Assembly (NCBI GenBank): GCA_012515515.1
Contig: JAAYYE010000006.1
Span: 252-64,251 of the forward strand
DNA: 64,000 bases
Source: Minisyncoccota bacterium
GTDB lineage: Bacteria > Patescibacteriota > Microgenomatia > UBA1400 > PJMF01
Reading direction: 5' to 3'
Part shown: positions 30,458 through 40,041 of the stretch, one piece after another
How positions within the stretch are numbered: the first letter of the stretch is position 1
Layout of the letters: each line of letters opens with the position of its first letter
The notes under the pieces: model-generated
What the model was told of the DNA's origin: nothing
Databases searched by the model: none
Seen by the model: the letters and a program-made list of their open reading frames with translations, nothing else
Translations under genes and position numbers: made by a program

Positions 30458-32617
30458 ATGTACCAACTCACACATGCTTTAGATAAGGTCCGCGGAATAG
30501 GGGATAGTTGGACTACTGCTTTAGCGAAAAAAAATATTAATAGTATTTTGGATTTTTTGCTCTATTTGCCCATTCGCTATGAAGATCGTTCGCAAATTTT
30601 TTCCATAGCGCAACTCAAACGCCTACATAATTCAGTGCTAGTTGATGATGTCAATCCTGGGCTAAAAAATGAGCCAAATCATCAGCAACAAACGAGCAAA
30701 TTTGCTAAAAAAGAGCGGAATTATCAAGCAAAACAAGAGTTTTTTACACTAGTCATCAAGGTCAAAGATTATCGACAATATTATAAAGGGCGGCTACTGA
30801 TTGCTCGCGCCACCTTAGTTGATCAAAGTGGCGAATTACCAGCCATTTGGTTTAATAATAAATTTTTAAAAAACAAAATAAATGCTCAGCAACAATACTA
30901 TGCTTCTGGTCAATGGAAAAACGGCAGTTTACTGCAAGCCAATTTAGAAGCAATCACTACTGATAGCCCTCATACAGCGCGCTTGGTGCCGATTTATAGC
31001 CAAGTCACTCCATTTAAACAGGGTAGTTTACGCCGCTTACAAAAAGAAATTATCGATCACTTAAATCCTCAAGAACAACTACTTGCCAAGCAACTTACCA
31101 GTTCAAACAGCACCAGTCAAGTTTTTAGTAATGTGCAAGAGTTTTTCCAAGCCCTTCATTTTCCTCAATCAAGCCAAGATATCATCCAAGCTCGAGAACA
31201 ATTGGCTTTAGAAGAAATAATTTTTCTAATTAATAAGGCAAAAAAACTCAAAAAATCCTGGCAAGAAAATCACACTGCTCCCCAAATTGCCATTAATGCT
31301 CAAGAACTCATCCCCAGCACTTTGCCATTTGCCTTAACCAAAGCTCAACAAACAGCCATCAAAGAAATTAGCGCTGATTTACAAAAATCCACTGCCATGA
31401 ATCGACTCTTAATTGGCGATGTTGGTAGTGGCAAAACCGCAGTGGCAGCCATCGCTGCTTGGCACTGTTGTCTAGCTGGTCACAATGCTGCTCTCATAGC
31501 ACCAACGCAAATCTTAGCGCAACAACATTTACAAAGTATTAAAAATTTATTGCCTAAACAAAAAGTGCAATTAGTCACTGCTCAAACAAGCAAAAATTTT
31601 AAACTAGATTCAGCGACTTTATATATTGGTACTCATGCTTTAATCAATAAATTAGAAATCATCAAGCCAGCTTTAATTATTTATGACGAACAACATCGTT
31701 TTGGCACTAAGCAAAGACAAAGTCATCAGGCCCATCTTTTAACCATGAGTGCCACCCCCATTCCGCGCAGTTTAATGCTCACCATTTTTGCTCATTTGCA
31801 AAGTAGTATTCTTGATGAAATGCCAAGCAATAGAGTAATAGCAAAAAGCTGGGTAGTTCCTCAAGTAAAAGAGGAAGCTGCTATCATGTGGTTGGCAGAA
31901 CAATTGCTCAGTTCCAAAGACAAACAAGCATTTATCGTTTGTCCTTTTATTGACCCATCTCAACACGCTGCTTTAGAAAATGTGGCAGCAGTCAAAAATA
32001 GTCTCGAACAATTAGAAATAATATTAAACAAATATTATCAGCAACAAGGTCTTGCTAAAAACCAACACTTAAAAGTTGCCATCTTACACTCAAGGCTCAA
32101 AAAACAGGAACAACAAGCGATCATCGATCGTCTTTACCAAAAAGACATCCAAATTTTAGTTAGCACGCCGATGATTGAAGTAGGCATTGATTTACCCAAT
32201 GCTGATCTAATAGTTATTCAAGCTGCCGAGCGTTTTGGTTTGGCTAGTCTGCATCAATTACGGGGCAGAGTAGGCCGCGCTGGACAAAAAAGTTATTGTT
32301 TGTTGTTTAGCACTCAGCAAACAGAACCAGCCCCAAATAATTTATTAAATCGGCAGGAAAGCCACAAGCGTTTACAAATTTTTGCTCAAGAAAAAGATGG
32401 TTTCAAGTTGGCACAACTTGATTTACAACACAGGGGCGCCGGCGATATTTTTGGCAGTGCTCAAAGTGGCTTTAATAAATTGCAATTTGCCTCTTGGACC
32501 AACCTTAAAATCATCCAAGAAGCAAAAAAAATTAGTGAAGAGCAGCTTGATTATCAATCCCTCTTAACAGCCTATTTTGAAAAACAAGATTTTTTAAATA
32601 CTATTAATAATAATTAA
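30458..32617 (+). CDS. recG: ATP-dependent DNA helicase RecG
   Basis: N-terminal wedge region; helicase motifs GDVGSGKT, DEQHRFG, SATPIPR, LHSRL and QLRGRVGR. Confidence 0.88.
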   Translation: MYQLTHALDKVRGIGDSWTTALAKKNINSILDFLLYLPIRYEDRSQIFSIAQLKRLHNSVLVDDVNPGLKNEPNHQQQTSKFAKKERNYQAKQEFFTLVIKVKDYRQYYKGRLLIARATLVDQSGELPAIWFNNKFLKNKINAQQQYYASGQWKNGSLLQANLEAITTDSPHTARLVPIYSQVTPFKQGSLRRLQKEIIDHLNPQEQLLAKQLTSSNSTSQVFSNVQEFFQALHFPQSSQDIIQAREQLALEEIIFLINKAKKLKKSWQENHTAPQIAINAQELIPSTLPFALTKAQQTAIKEISADLQKSTAMNRLLIGDVGSGKTAVAAIAAWHCCLAGHNAALIAPTQILAQQHLQSIKNLLPKQKVQLVTAQTSKNFKLDSATLYIGTHALINKLEIIKPALIIYDEQHRFGTKQRQSHQAHLLTMSATPIPRSLMLTIFAHLQSSILDEMPSNRVIAKSWVVPQVKEEAAIMWLAEQLLSSKDKQAFIVCPFIDPSQHAALENVAAVKNSLEQLEIILNKYYQQQGLAKNQHLKVAILHSRLKKQEQQAIIDRLYQKDIQILVSTPMIEVGIDLPNADLIVIQAAERFGLASLHQLRGRVGRAGQKSYCLLFSTQQTEPAPNNLLNRQESHKRLQIFAQEKDGFKLAQLDLQHRGAGDIFGSAQSGFNKLQFASWTNLKIIQEAKKISEEQLDYQSLLTAYFEKQDFLNTINNN

Positions 32618-32678
32618 ACGCAGAAATTAGATAACAACTAGATAATAATAATTAAGTACAATAAACAGTAAAAAGCGC

Positions 32679-33503
32679 TTGTTCTTGTTTCTTTTTTGCT
32701 TTATGATGAATAATATGTCCAAAATTTCTTCCCGCCCGATGAGTGGTCAGATTGGTATTATTGTGGTGTTGATCACGGCTGCTGCTCTAACTTTTGGTCT
32801 GTCTGTAGCTAATCGAGTAGTCCAAGAGAATAAGGTTGTTGTAGATCGTAGCGATTCAATTAGAACTTTCAATACTGCTGAAACCGGTGTTGACACCGCT
32901 CTCAACAAAATTTTTCAATATGAAAGTGGCTCGATACCTCTACCAGTTGGAAATGTTGTCGATGATGATCTAAACAAAGTTTCAATTGCCCAAAGTAATT
33001 CTTATGAGGGTCACATTAATCAGGGAGAAAGTTTGCAAATTGATTTAACGGGTATTGGTGGAAATATTACAATTAATTGGTCTAAAACTGCTTGCTCCTC
33101 AACTCATAAAATAGGTTTATTAATAACCCTGTTGCACCGCAGTGGCAGCGAGTATCAAAGTAATTATTATTTACTTGCTCACAGCGATTGTTTACATAGT
33201 AGTCAACAAAATTTTATAGGAGCCACGGCCACTGGTGGCACATTTAAATATAGCTATAATTTTTCATTACCAGCTTCCGCCGATGCAAGTCTATTAATTC
33301 AGCCACTGGGTGCTGCAACCGATATTAACATTACCAACGCACCTGGCCTGATCGCCAACACCCAATATGAAATCGAATCTCGGGCAACAAGTGATAGTGA
33401 AAATGCAGTTAGTAATAAAACAATCAAAGTCAGTAAAAGCGTGCCTAGCGCACCAGGATTTATGAGCTTTGCTTTATTTAGCGGAGGTAATATCGTAAAA
33501 TAG
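32679..33503 (+). CDS. Hypothetical membrane-anchored protein immediately upstream of pilM (possible minor pilus/assembly component)
   Basis: N-terminal hydrophobic anchor (GQIGIIVVLITAAALTFGL) without the canonical G-F-T-L-I-E prepilin motif; sits 13 nt before pilM. Confidence 0.4.
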   Translation: MFLFLFCFMMNNMSKISSRPMSGQIGIIVVLITAAALTFGLSVANRVVQENKVVVDRSDSIRTFNTAETGVDTALNKIFQYESGSIPLPVGNVVDDDLNKVSIAQSNSYEGHINQGESLQIDLTGIGGNITINWSKTACSSTHKIGLLITLLHRSGSEYQSNYYLLAHSDCLHSSQQNFIGATATGGTFKYSYNFSLPASADASLLIQPLGAATDINITNAPGLIANTQYEIESRATSDSENAVSNKTIKVSKSVPSAPGFMSFALFSGGNIVK

Positions 33504-33515
33504 AAACTAATCAAT

Positions 33516-34526
33516 ATGTCAATCACTGCCCTAGACATTGGTACTCATACCATTAAAGCCATTTCAGCAAAAACTGGTAAGCAAATTCAATTGCTCCAAA
33601 CAGTTGACGTTCCCAATACACTTAATCTCCTCATCCCGCAAAACGAACAAGAAAGCGCTCAATTTAGCGAAATGATTGCTAATTTAATGAATGATTTCAA
33701 ACTTGATGCCAGCGATGTGCGCTTAAGCTTGCCCGAATCAGTCATTGCTAATAAAGTAATCGAAGTACCAGTGCTGACTAATGCCGAATTAGCCAGTGCT
33801 ATTGGTTGGCAAGCAGAACAATACATCCCCATTCCAAAAGATGATCTATCACTGGAATATCAAGTTCTAGCTCGACCAAATAATAAAAATGCAGAGGCAA
33901 AAATGAAGGTTTTGCTAGTTGCTTCTCGCAGATCTTTTATTGAAAAACTAAACGATGTTTTTCTTGGCCTGGGTATTGAGCCAACCATTATGGAAACACA
34001 AATCTTTTCCATTATTAGAGCTCTTGAGTTGACTAGCGAAGATCCAGAAACCCTGATTGTTCACATGGGAGCTAGCAATCTTGACCTGGCAGTGGTAGCC
34101 AATGGCCTATTCGACTTTATCTTTAGCAGTAAAAATGGCTCACAATTGGTCACTAATTCCATTGCTCAAAGCTTTGGTCTTGATCTTAAACAAGCCGAAG
34201 AATACAAAACTAGCTATGGTTTAAACGCAGAACAACTTGAGGGAAAATTGGTGCAGGTAATGTTGCCAATTGTTAATAACGTTGTTGTCGAAATTCAAAA
34301 AGCCCTACATTATTTTAGTCAATTACATCCTGGCCAAACAATCAAACGAATAATTTTATCAGGCGGACCAGCAGAAATGATTGGTTTTAGTCAATATCTA
34401 GCGCAACAAGTCAATGCTGAAATTTTGTTAATGAATCCTTTTGCGACAGCAAAAGGCCAAATCCCTGAGACCAAGCAGTTGCATTACACCGTCTGCATGG
34501 GTCTGTTAATGAGAAAATTGTCATGA
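33516..34526 (+). CDS. pilM: Type IV pilus assembly protein PilM (actin-like ATPase fold)
   Basis: N-terminal ITALDIGTHTIKAI actin/FtsA-like fold; followed by overlapping pilN/pilO-like genes. Confidence 0.8.
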   Translation: MSITALDIGTHTIKAISAKTGKQIQLLQTVDVPNTLNLLIPQNEQESAQFSEMIANLMNDFKLDASDVRLSLPESVIANKVIEVPVLTNAELASAIGWQAEQYIPIPKDDLSLEYQVLARPNNKNAEAKMKVLLVASRRSFIEKLNDVFLGLGIEPTIMETQIFSIIRALELTSEDPETLIVHMGASNLDLAVVANGLFDFIFSSKNGSQLVTNSIAQSFGLDLKQAEEYKTSYGLNAEQLEGKLVQVMLPIVNNVVVEIQKALHYFSQLHPGQTIKRIILSGGPAEMIGFSQYLAQQVNAEILLMNPFATAKGQIPETKQLHYTVCMGLLMRKLS

Positions 34527-35179
34527 CAGAAATAAACTTTTTGTCTAGCCGAACTAGACATAAACAAAAACAAAGAGAACAAGACAAAAAACTCTTTAAA
34601 ATATCCAGCATTGTTTTAATAGTGGTCGTCAGCATTCTAGTGGTCATTATTGGTGTAAAACTGGTAATTAATTTAAGAATTAAAGATAAAAACAAAACCA
34701 TCACTAGCTTAAAACAAACCATTGTCGAAAAAGAAGCAGTTGAGTTATCTTACCTAATTTTTGTCAACAAACTGAAAGCAGTTGGAGAAATTTATGCCTC
34801 ACGCAGTGACAAACAAACAGCAATGAATTATTTTGCTGACTTAATGAGCGATGTCGCAACGATTACTGCCATGAATTACGAAGAAGAGAGCGGGGGATTA
34901 ACATTAAGTTTAGATCATCAAAACGTTTTTTTCCTAGAAAAAAGCACAGCCATCCTTGATTCTCCACAGGTCAAAGAGGCTTATAAAAACGTCAAAAGGG
35001 GTTCCTTAACTCGTGCAGATCAGGGTAATTATGTATTAAATTTAACAATTCAATTAAAAACCGTAGAAGACTTGGGCCTATTTGATGCTACTCCAGTAGA
35101 AGATGAATTTGATGTCAATCTTGATCAAGAAATAAACAATGATCTTGAATCAGAAAGCTTGATAGAGGAATTAAATTAA
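34523..35179 (+). CDS. pilN: PilN-like bitopic membrane protein
   Basis: Short basic cytoplasmic N-terminus, single TM (ISSIVLIVVVSILVVIIGV), coiled-coil periplasmic part; 4-nt overlap with pilM. Confidence 0.55.
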   Translation: MTEINFLSSRTRHKQKQREQDKKLFKISSIVLIVVVSILVVIIGVKLVINLRIKDKNKTITSLKQTIVEKEAVELSYLIFVNKLKAVGEIYASRSDKQTAMNYFADLMSDVATITAMNYEEESGGLTLSLDHQNVFFLEKSTAILDSPQVKEAYKNVKRGSLTRADQGNYVLNLTIQLKTVEDLGLFDATPVEDEFDVNLDQEINNDLESESLIEELN

Positions 35180-36076
35180 ATGGCAGAGAACAAAGAAAAA
35201 TTCAACTATCGATTAATTTGGAACACTCGCAAGGAATTAGTCTTGGCAATCTTGTGCTTTGTCCTGGCTGTTTTCATCTTATTTATGCTTGTTCTAAAAC
35301 AAATCGAACCAGTTAAAGGCGTTTTTGCACAATTAGAAAAAACCAATCTAGAATTAGAGAAGTTTCAAACAAAAGTTGACGAGCTCAACAACATTTCAAT
35401 AGATGGTGAATACAATAAAATGACCGAAATTGACAGTGTGCTTCCATCTTATAAACCATTATTAGAGCTGCTCAACAATCTTAATAGCGTGGCATTACAA
35501 AGCAACACCCTGATTAAAAACTTTTCTCTTGCTCCTGGAGAAATTGCCACTGATAGCACCTTAGTTGCTAGAACTAGAAGACAACAATTTTACGATGAAT
35601 TAGTTTTAGAATTTTCCGTTTCTGGCACCCTGGCTGATGTGCAAAATTTTATGAATCTCATTGAACTGGTCACACCGCTTAGCACCATCACCAACATTTC
35701 GCTCAATCAACAAATGAATGCTGATAGTGCAATAGAAACAACTGCCAACCTTACCCTAAAAACTTTTTATTTTACCCAACCGATTACTGTAACCTTAACC
35801 GAAGCTTTACCGCCAATCGAAGATGAAGATTTAATTGTTTTGGAAGAAATTAAAAAATTAATTCCAAACAACTTACCCACTCAAGAAGAAATCATTAAAA
35901 ATGATCGAGGTAATTTATTCAATCTTCAAGGGATGAGTATTGAGGAATTAGAAAATCAGCTAACAGTCACCGACACTGACTCCGATCAAGTCGAATGGCA
36001 AACAGTTGATGAAACTGGGCAAATTGTTGAGGAAACTGGAGAAATTATTAACGAAACCGGGCAAATTATCGAGTAG
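35180..36076 (+). CDS. pilO: PilO-like bitopic membrane protein
   Basis: Single TM (LVLAILCFVLAVFILFMLV) followed by a coiled-coil; starts 1 nt after pilN. Confidence 0.45.
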   Translation: MAENKEKFNYRLIWNTRKELVLAILCFVLAVFILFMLVLKQIEPVKGVFAQLEKTNLELEKFQTKVDELNNISIDGEYNKMTEIDSVLPSYKPLLELLNNLNSVALQSNTLIKNFSLAPGEIATDSTLVARTRRQQFYDELVLEFSVSGTLADVQNFMNLIELVTPLSTITNISLNQQMNADSAIETTANLTLKTFYFTQPITVTLTEALPPIEDEDLIVLEEIKKLIPNNLPTQEEIIKNDRGNLFNLQGMSIEELENQLTVTDTDSDQVEWQTVDETGQIVEETGEIINETGQIIE

Positions 36077-36109
36077 TGAGAAGCAAAATTCCCTGATAAC
36101 TAAGCGCAA

Positions 36110-36361
36110 TTATTGAGCAGTAAAAGGCTTATCTTCGACCAATTCAATCCCAACTCGCAACTGATCTTTAATCGCTCTCACTTGAGCTAATTTGCGAATC
36201 GCTCTGATGACTTTACCACCTTTGCCAATCACTCGTCCGTAATCTTCTTCATTCAGTTTAATCAAGTACTTCTGAAAACCAGCTTCTTCATTTTTTTCAA
36301 TGGCTAGGTCTTCAGGAAACTTGATGATTCTCAGTAAGATAAATTCTAATAAACTTTGCAT
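36110..36361 (-). CDS. KH-domain RNA-binding protein (UPF0109/YlqC family)
   Basis: GRVIGKGGKVIRAIR KH motif; conserved position downstream of rpsP. Confidence 0.8.
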   Translation of the reverse strand: MQSLLEFILLRIIKFPEDLAIEKNEEAGFQKYLIKLNEEDYGRVIGKGGKVIRAIRKLAQVRAIKDQLRVGIELVEDKPFTAQ

Positions 36362-36370
36362 TTTTTTTCT

Positions 36371-36856
36371 TTAAGCTTTTTCGGCTGTTTCAGCTGGTGC
36401 TTCTGCTTCTTGTGCGGCTGGAGCTTCGGCTGCTACGCTTGCTTCTGTCTCAGCCACCTCTGCTGTTTCTGCTGGAACTTCGGCAGGAGTTTCTACAGGA
36501 GCTTCTGCTGGCTTTGCCACTTCCACTTCTTCTTTTTTCTCTTTTTTGCCCTCTGCTGCTTCTTTTAACTTAGCTTGAGCTTTTTTAGATAATTTGGCTT
36601 TTTTTTCTGGGAAAAGTTTACCTGATTTAACTCGCTTATAAAGAGCTGCCACCGTTTCAGTAGGCTGAGCACCTTTAGCAATCCATGATTCATAGGCTTT
36701 TAGATCAAGTTCTAAAACTTTAGGTTGATAAGTAGGCGAATAATGACCCAATAAGGCCACATATTTGCCATCGCGTCGATCGCGTGCCTCATTTACCACA
36801 ATACGATAATGGGCTTGATTTTTTTTACCAAAACGAGCTAATTTAATTTTCAACAT
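36371..36856 (-). CDS. rpsP: 30S ribosomal protein S16 with a ~75-aa Ala/Glu/Pro/Lys-rich C-terminal extension
   Basis: N-terminus MLKIKLARFGKKNQAHYRIVV...GHYSP is canonical S16. Residues from ~88 onward are a low-complexity tail (KKEKKEEVEVAKPAEAPVETPAEVPAETAE...). Confidence 0.88.
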   Translation of the reverse strand: MLKIKLARFGKKNQAHYRIVVNEARDRRDGKYVALLGHYSPTYQPKVLELDLKAYESWIAKGAQPTETVAALYKRVKSGKLFPEKKAKLSKKAQAKLKEAAEGKKEKKEEVEVAKPAEAPVETPAEVPAETAEVAETEASVAAEAPAAQEAEAPAETAEKA

Positions 36857-36912
36857 ACCGGAGGATTCTACAAGAAAAATACAAATATCTCAAGGGCAAG
36901 TTTCGGAAAAAC

Positions 36913-37608
36913 TTAACTAGAGATCGAGTGCGCGTCATCTTCACCTGCTAGCTTTTGCAAAGCCATGGCCGCACTCGCTTGCTGCGCTCGCTGTTTGCTA
37001 TTGCCCGTCCCAACACCCCAAACTTTGTCATTAATTAATACCTCAACAGTAAAAGTTTTATGATGATCTGGTCCTTCTTCCTTAACTACTCGATAAATTG
37101 GCGTCGGCAAGGATTGCGCTTGGACAGTTTCTTGTAATAAACTTTTCTGATCGCGATAAGCCTTGGTGCTTAAAATATGACTAAATTTGGGAAATAAGAC
37201 TTTAGCTAAAAACTCCTCAACGACAGCGTAACCCTGATCTAAATAAAGCGCACCAATCACTGCTTCAAGCACATCAGCCAAAAGACTAGGATTATCGCGG
37301 CCACCACCAGCTTCTTCTCCTTTGCTGAGATACATCTGTTGATCTAAACCCAACTCTTTAGCCAATTCAGCTAAACTCTCCGTACGCACTAAGGCACTGC
37401 GATAAGTGGTCAACATTCCTTCAGCATCACTGGGTCGCTGTTGATAAAGAAAAATGGTACTGGCCAACTCAATCACCGCATCACCAAGAAATTCTAGGCG
37501 CTCATTTGATTCACTAGCTGCTGTACCAGACTGTTCTTTTTCATTCAGCGCACTGCGATGGGTCAGGGCCGTCATTAACAAGTGGGGATCATTAAACTTT
37601 GGCAACAT
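36913..37608 (-). CDS. rnc: Ribonuclease III
   Basis: RNase III signature ERLEFLGDAV and a C-terminal dsRBD. Confidence 0.9.
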   Translation of the reverse strand: MLPKFNDPHLLMTALTHRSALNEKEQSGTAASESNERLEFLGDAVIELASTIFLYQQRPSDAEGMLTTYRSALVRTESLAELAKELGLDQQMYLSKGEEAGGGRDNPSLLADVLEAVIGALYLDQGYAVVEEFLAKVLFPKFSHILSTKAYRDQKSLLQETVQAQSLPTPIYRVVKEEGPDHHKTFTVEVLINDKVWGVGTGNSKQRAQQASAAMALQKLAGEDDAHSISS

Positions 37609-37621
37609 AAGTAAACCTATT

Positions 37622-37891
37622 TTAACCCAATTCGTATTCGTCGTGAATTAGCTTAGCCAACTCGGCAACAGTGGCACCTGCTTCGCTGAGCTCTTCCATG
37701 ACTACATCTGGATCTAATTCAATGGCAAACTGGCGATTGATTAAACTAACTAAGCGCGTTAAATCTTCATCTAGATTTAAGCCCAAATCTTCTTCTAAAC
37801 TGGCCTCAGGCCTAATTTCTTGACGACTGAGGACCGTCATTGTTTCTAATAAATCTTGGACTTGTGAAAAAAATTGCGCATCTACATTCAT
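37622..37891 (-). CDS. Acyl-carrier-protein homologue lacking the phosphopantetheine-attachment serine (Asn at the DSL position)
   Basis: 89-aa acidic four-helix protein that aligns with ACP: ASLEEDLGLNLDEDLTRLV versus [18 protein letters not shown] in E. coli ACP. Sits immediately upstream of rnc, in the same position acpP occupies relative to rnc in Firmicutes. Confidence 0.65.
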   Translation of the reverse strand: MNVDAQFFSQVQDLLETMTVLSRQEIRPEASLEEDLGLNLDEDLTRLVSLINRQFAIELDPDVVMEELSEAGATVAELAKLIHDEYELG

Positions 37892-37917
37892 GGTTTACTT
37901 TCTATTTCTATGAAAAA

Positions 37918-38406
37918 CTAGCTTTTTTGCTCTACTTTTAAGGCTTTTTTTGGCTTTTTAGCAGCCGGTTTTTTAGTTTTTTTGCTAGCTGCTTTCTTTG
38001 TTTTTTTACTAGCTACTTTCTTTGTTGTCGGCGCTTCTGGCAAAAAAAGAATTTTGCCCAAAACTCCATTAATAAATTTTGGCGAACTGTCGGTGCCAAA
38101 TTCTTTGGCTAATTCAATTGCCTCATCAACCAAAACTTTTTTAGGCGTATCTTGAGTTCGACTTTCAAAAACAATTAAACGCAAAATAGCTAAATCAATT
38201 TTGTTAATGTCATAAAGCGGTCGCTCGGGAGCATAGGCTGCCAGTTGCTGGTCGATATCTGGCAATTCCTCAACCAAATCAGCAAACCAGACTCGATCAG
38301 GCGCGGCCAAAATCATTGGCTCCGTTTCTGGATCCTGGGGCCTTAAAAAGGTCCTAGCAAATAAAATTTGCATGCGCTCAATGCGCCGACTATGACGTTC
38401 ATCCAT
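37918..38406 (-). CDS. nusB: NusB-like transcription antitermination factor with a Lys-rich C-terminal tail
   Basis: N-terminus RHSRRIERMQILF and NusB helical-fold similarity; last ~40 aa KKVASKKTKKAASKKTKKPAAKKPKK. Confidence 0.75.
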   Translation of the reverse strand: MDERHSRRIERMQILFARTFLRPQDPETEPMILAAPDRVWFADLVEELPDIDQQLAAYAPERPLYDINKIDLAILRLIVFESRTQDTPKKVLVDEAIELAKEFGTDSSPKFINGVLGKILFLPEAPTTKKVASKKTKKAASKKTKKPAAKKPKKALKVEQKS

Positions 38407-38494
38407 GACAGTAGATTAGGGGAAAAAAGTTAAAGATGCAAGAGGGAATTTGCCTTCTTTTTGCTCAAGAGCCAGATCCACCAAGCAATTAAAC

Positions 38495-38653
38495 TTAGTT
38501 AATACCTAATTTTTTGAAAATACTAGCCGTCAAACCCTGTTTGTGGGCTGGGGTAGAGGCGCGTTTAATATCTTTTTTAAGATTTGGTTTATTACCCGCT
38601 CGTCGCTTACCTTGCTCAACTCGAGTGATTTTGTTTTTTGGTAAAGCTCCCAT
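38495..38653 (-). CDS. Small basic protein (52 aa), unassigned; not in the supplied ORF track (<60 aa)
   Basis: Manual translation of the minus strand gives MGALPKNKITRVEQGKRRAGNKPNLKKDIKRASTPAHKQGLTASIFKKLGIN. It is Lys/Arg-rich like a ribosomal or nucleic-acid-binding protein; no family could be assigned. Confidence 0.3.
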   Translation of the reverse strand: MGALPKNKITRVEQGKRRAGNKPNLKKDIKRASTPAHKQGLTASIFKKLGIN

Positions 38654-38813
38654 GAGATCCTTTTTATTTAAAAATGTTGATAAATAAGGGCTTTATTTTA
38701 AGGCTAAGCCAGCAAAAAGGCAAGGGGAGAGCTGGTCAGTAAAATTGCCAATAAGCTCGCTCTTGCTAAATTAATCAGCTAGTCCTATAATAATAGATAG
38801 GGAATAAAAATAT

Positions 38814-39953
38814 ATGGCAAACATTGAACAACAAAAAGATAGCAAAGTTAATAACGAAGTAGCTCAGCATGACAAGTTAAACAAGTTAAGAAGACAAATT
38901 TATAAAGCCTTAGGGCCAGCCCTTGTCGCAACCATGCTCGCAGCTGGCTGTGTGCCTGAAAGTGGCGTTACTGAACCGAAGCCAGCCATTACCCAAGCAA
39001 TTGGCGATGCCGAGCCAACTCCTGAAGAAGAAGACCCTGAATTGGGCACTGAAGTTGTTCTTGTTAGCCCCGAAGCCAGCGAAACAGTTATTGCCAGCCC
39101 AACTTTAGAAAATACCCCCACCAAAACAGCTACTGCCACACCAGAGGCAACGGCTACACAAGAAAACACTGCCACACCAGAGGCCACAGCCGCTCCTAAA
39201 GAATTAACTCAGGCTCAAATTCGCTCTGAAATTTTAAAAGCTGGCGTTAATCTTGACGATCTAGCTAGCTCCACTGATGAGTGGACTAGCAGCCACCTAG
39301 CTTTAGATGTCATCCAAAACTCCATTGATCATGAAAATTTTGGTAGAGAAGGAGAAAATTGGGTGACCACCGTAGTGATTGGCTTAGAAGAAGCAATTAA
39401 AAATCCACAAGAGTTAGAGCAAGCGATACCCACTGATGGCGGTTGGAAACTAATGGCTTTTGTTAAGGTGGCTTTTAAAGATGTGAGTGGCGATTGGCAA
39501 ATTGCCAAATTGCCAGTGGTGGCTTTTCATGAAGACAATAACTTGATTTGGATGAAACCAGCTAGTATCAAGTCAGAACCAAACTTTTTTGATGTTAATA
39601 TGTTATTGCCACGTGATGAAAACAATTTATATATACTTGATGAAAAAAAGAATTTCATTAATCCACCCATTAACTTTTGGACTGGAACTAATGATGCACG
39701 TGGCTACCATCATGGCATTGGCAGCTTTATTAAATTCTTTACTGCCTCGGTAGATGATCCACGCTACGCCGGCAATGATTGTCTTATTGGAGAACCCCCT
39801 CGCTACACTGAAGAGCAACTAATTGAGTTTAGAAAAACCGGTGATCCACATATTTTTGGCTATAAAGATGTCAAAGCCTATCCCATCATTTGGCCATTGA
39901 CTACTTTTCAAGCTGATTTGTCTGACAAAAATTTTTATAATAATCAGCCTTAA
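38814..39953 (+). CDS. Putative lipoprotein with a Thr/Ala/Pro/Glu-rich linker and a C-terminal globular domain
   Basis: Lipobox-like LAAGC after a hydrophobic segment; repetitive TKTATATPEATATQENTATPEATAAP linker; ~230-aa C-terminal domain of unknown function. Confidence 0.5.
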   Translation: MANIEQQKDSKVNNEVAQHDKLNKLRRQIYKALGPALVATMLAAGCVPESGVTEPKPAITQAIGDAEPTPEEEDPELGTEVVLVSPEASETVIASPTLENTPTKTATATPEATATQENTATPEATAAPKELTQAQIRSEILKAGVNLDDLASSTDEWTSSHLALDVIQNSIDHENFGREGENWVTTVVIGLEEAIKNPQELEQAIPTDGGWKLMAFVKVAFKDVSGDWQIAKLPVVAFHEDNNLIWMKPASIKSEPNFFDVNMLLPRDENNLYILDEKKNFINPPINFWTGTNDARGYHHGIGSFIKFFTASVDDPRYAGNDCLIGEPPRYTEEQLIEFRKTGDPHIFGYKDVKAYPIIWPLTTFQADLSDKNFYNNQP

Positions 39954-40041
39954 TCTACAAGCAACTAAAAAGCTCAGTAATTGGCTGATAAAGAGCGTTT
40001 CATTCTTGACGATTGGCTTTAATATCTTTAAACTAAATTAA

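Noticed and set aside
36356-36568. Track ORF encoding a Cys/Phe-rich 70-aa peptide (MHFFSLSFFGCFSWCFCFLCG...)
   Set aside because: It lies antisense to the low-complexity (GAA/GCT-rich) tail of rpsP, so it is a shadow ORF produced by codon periodicity in the repeat. There is no RBS.
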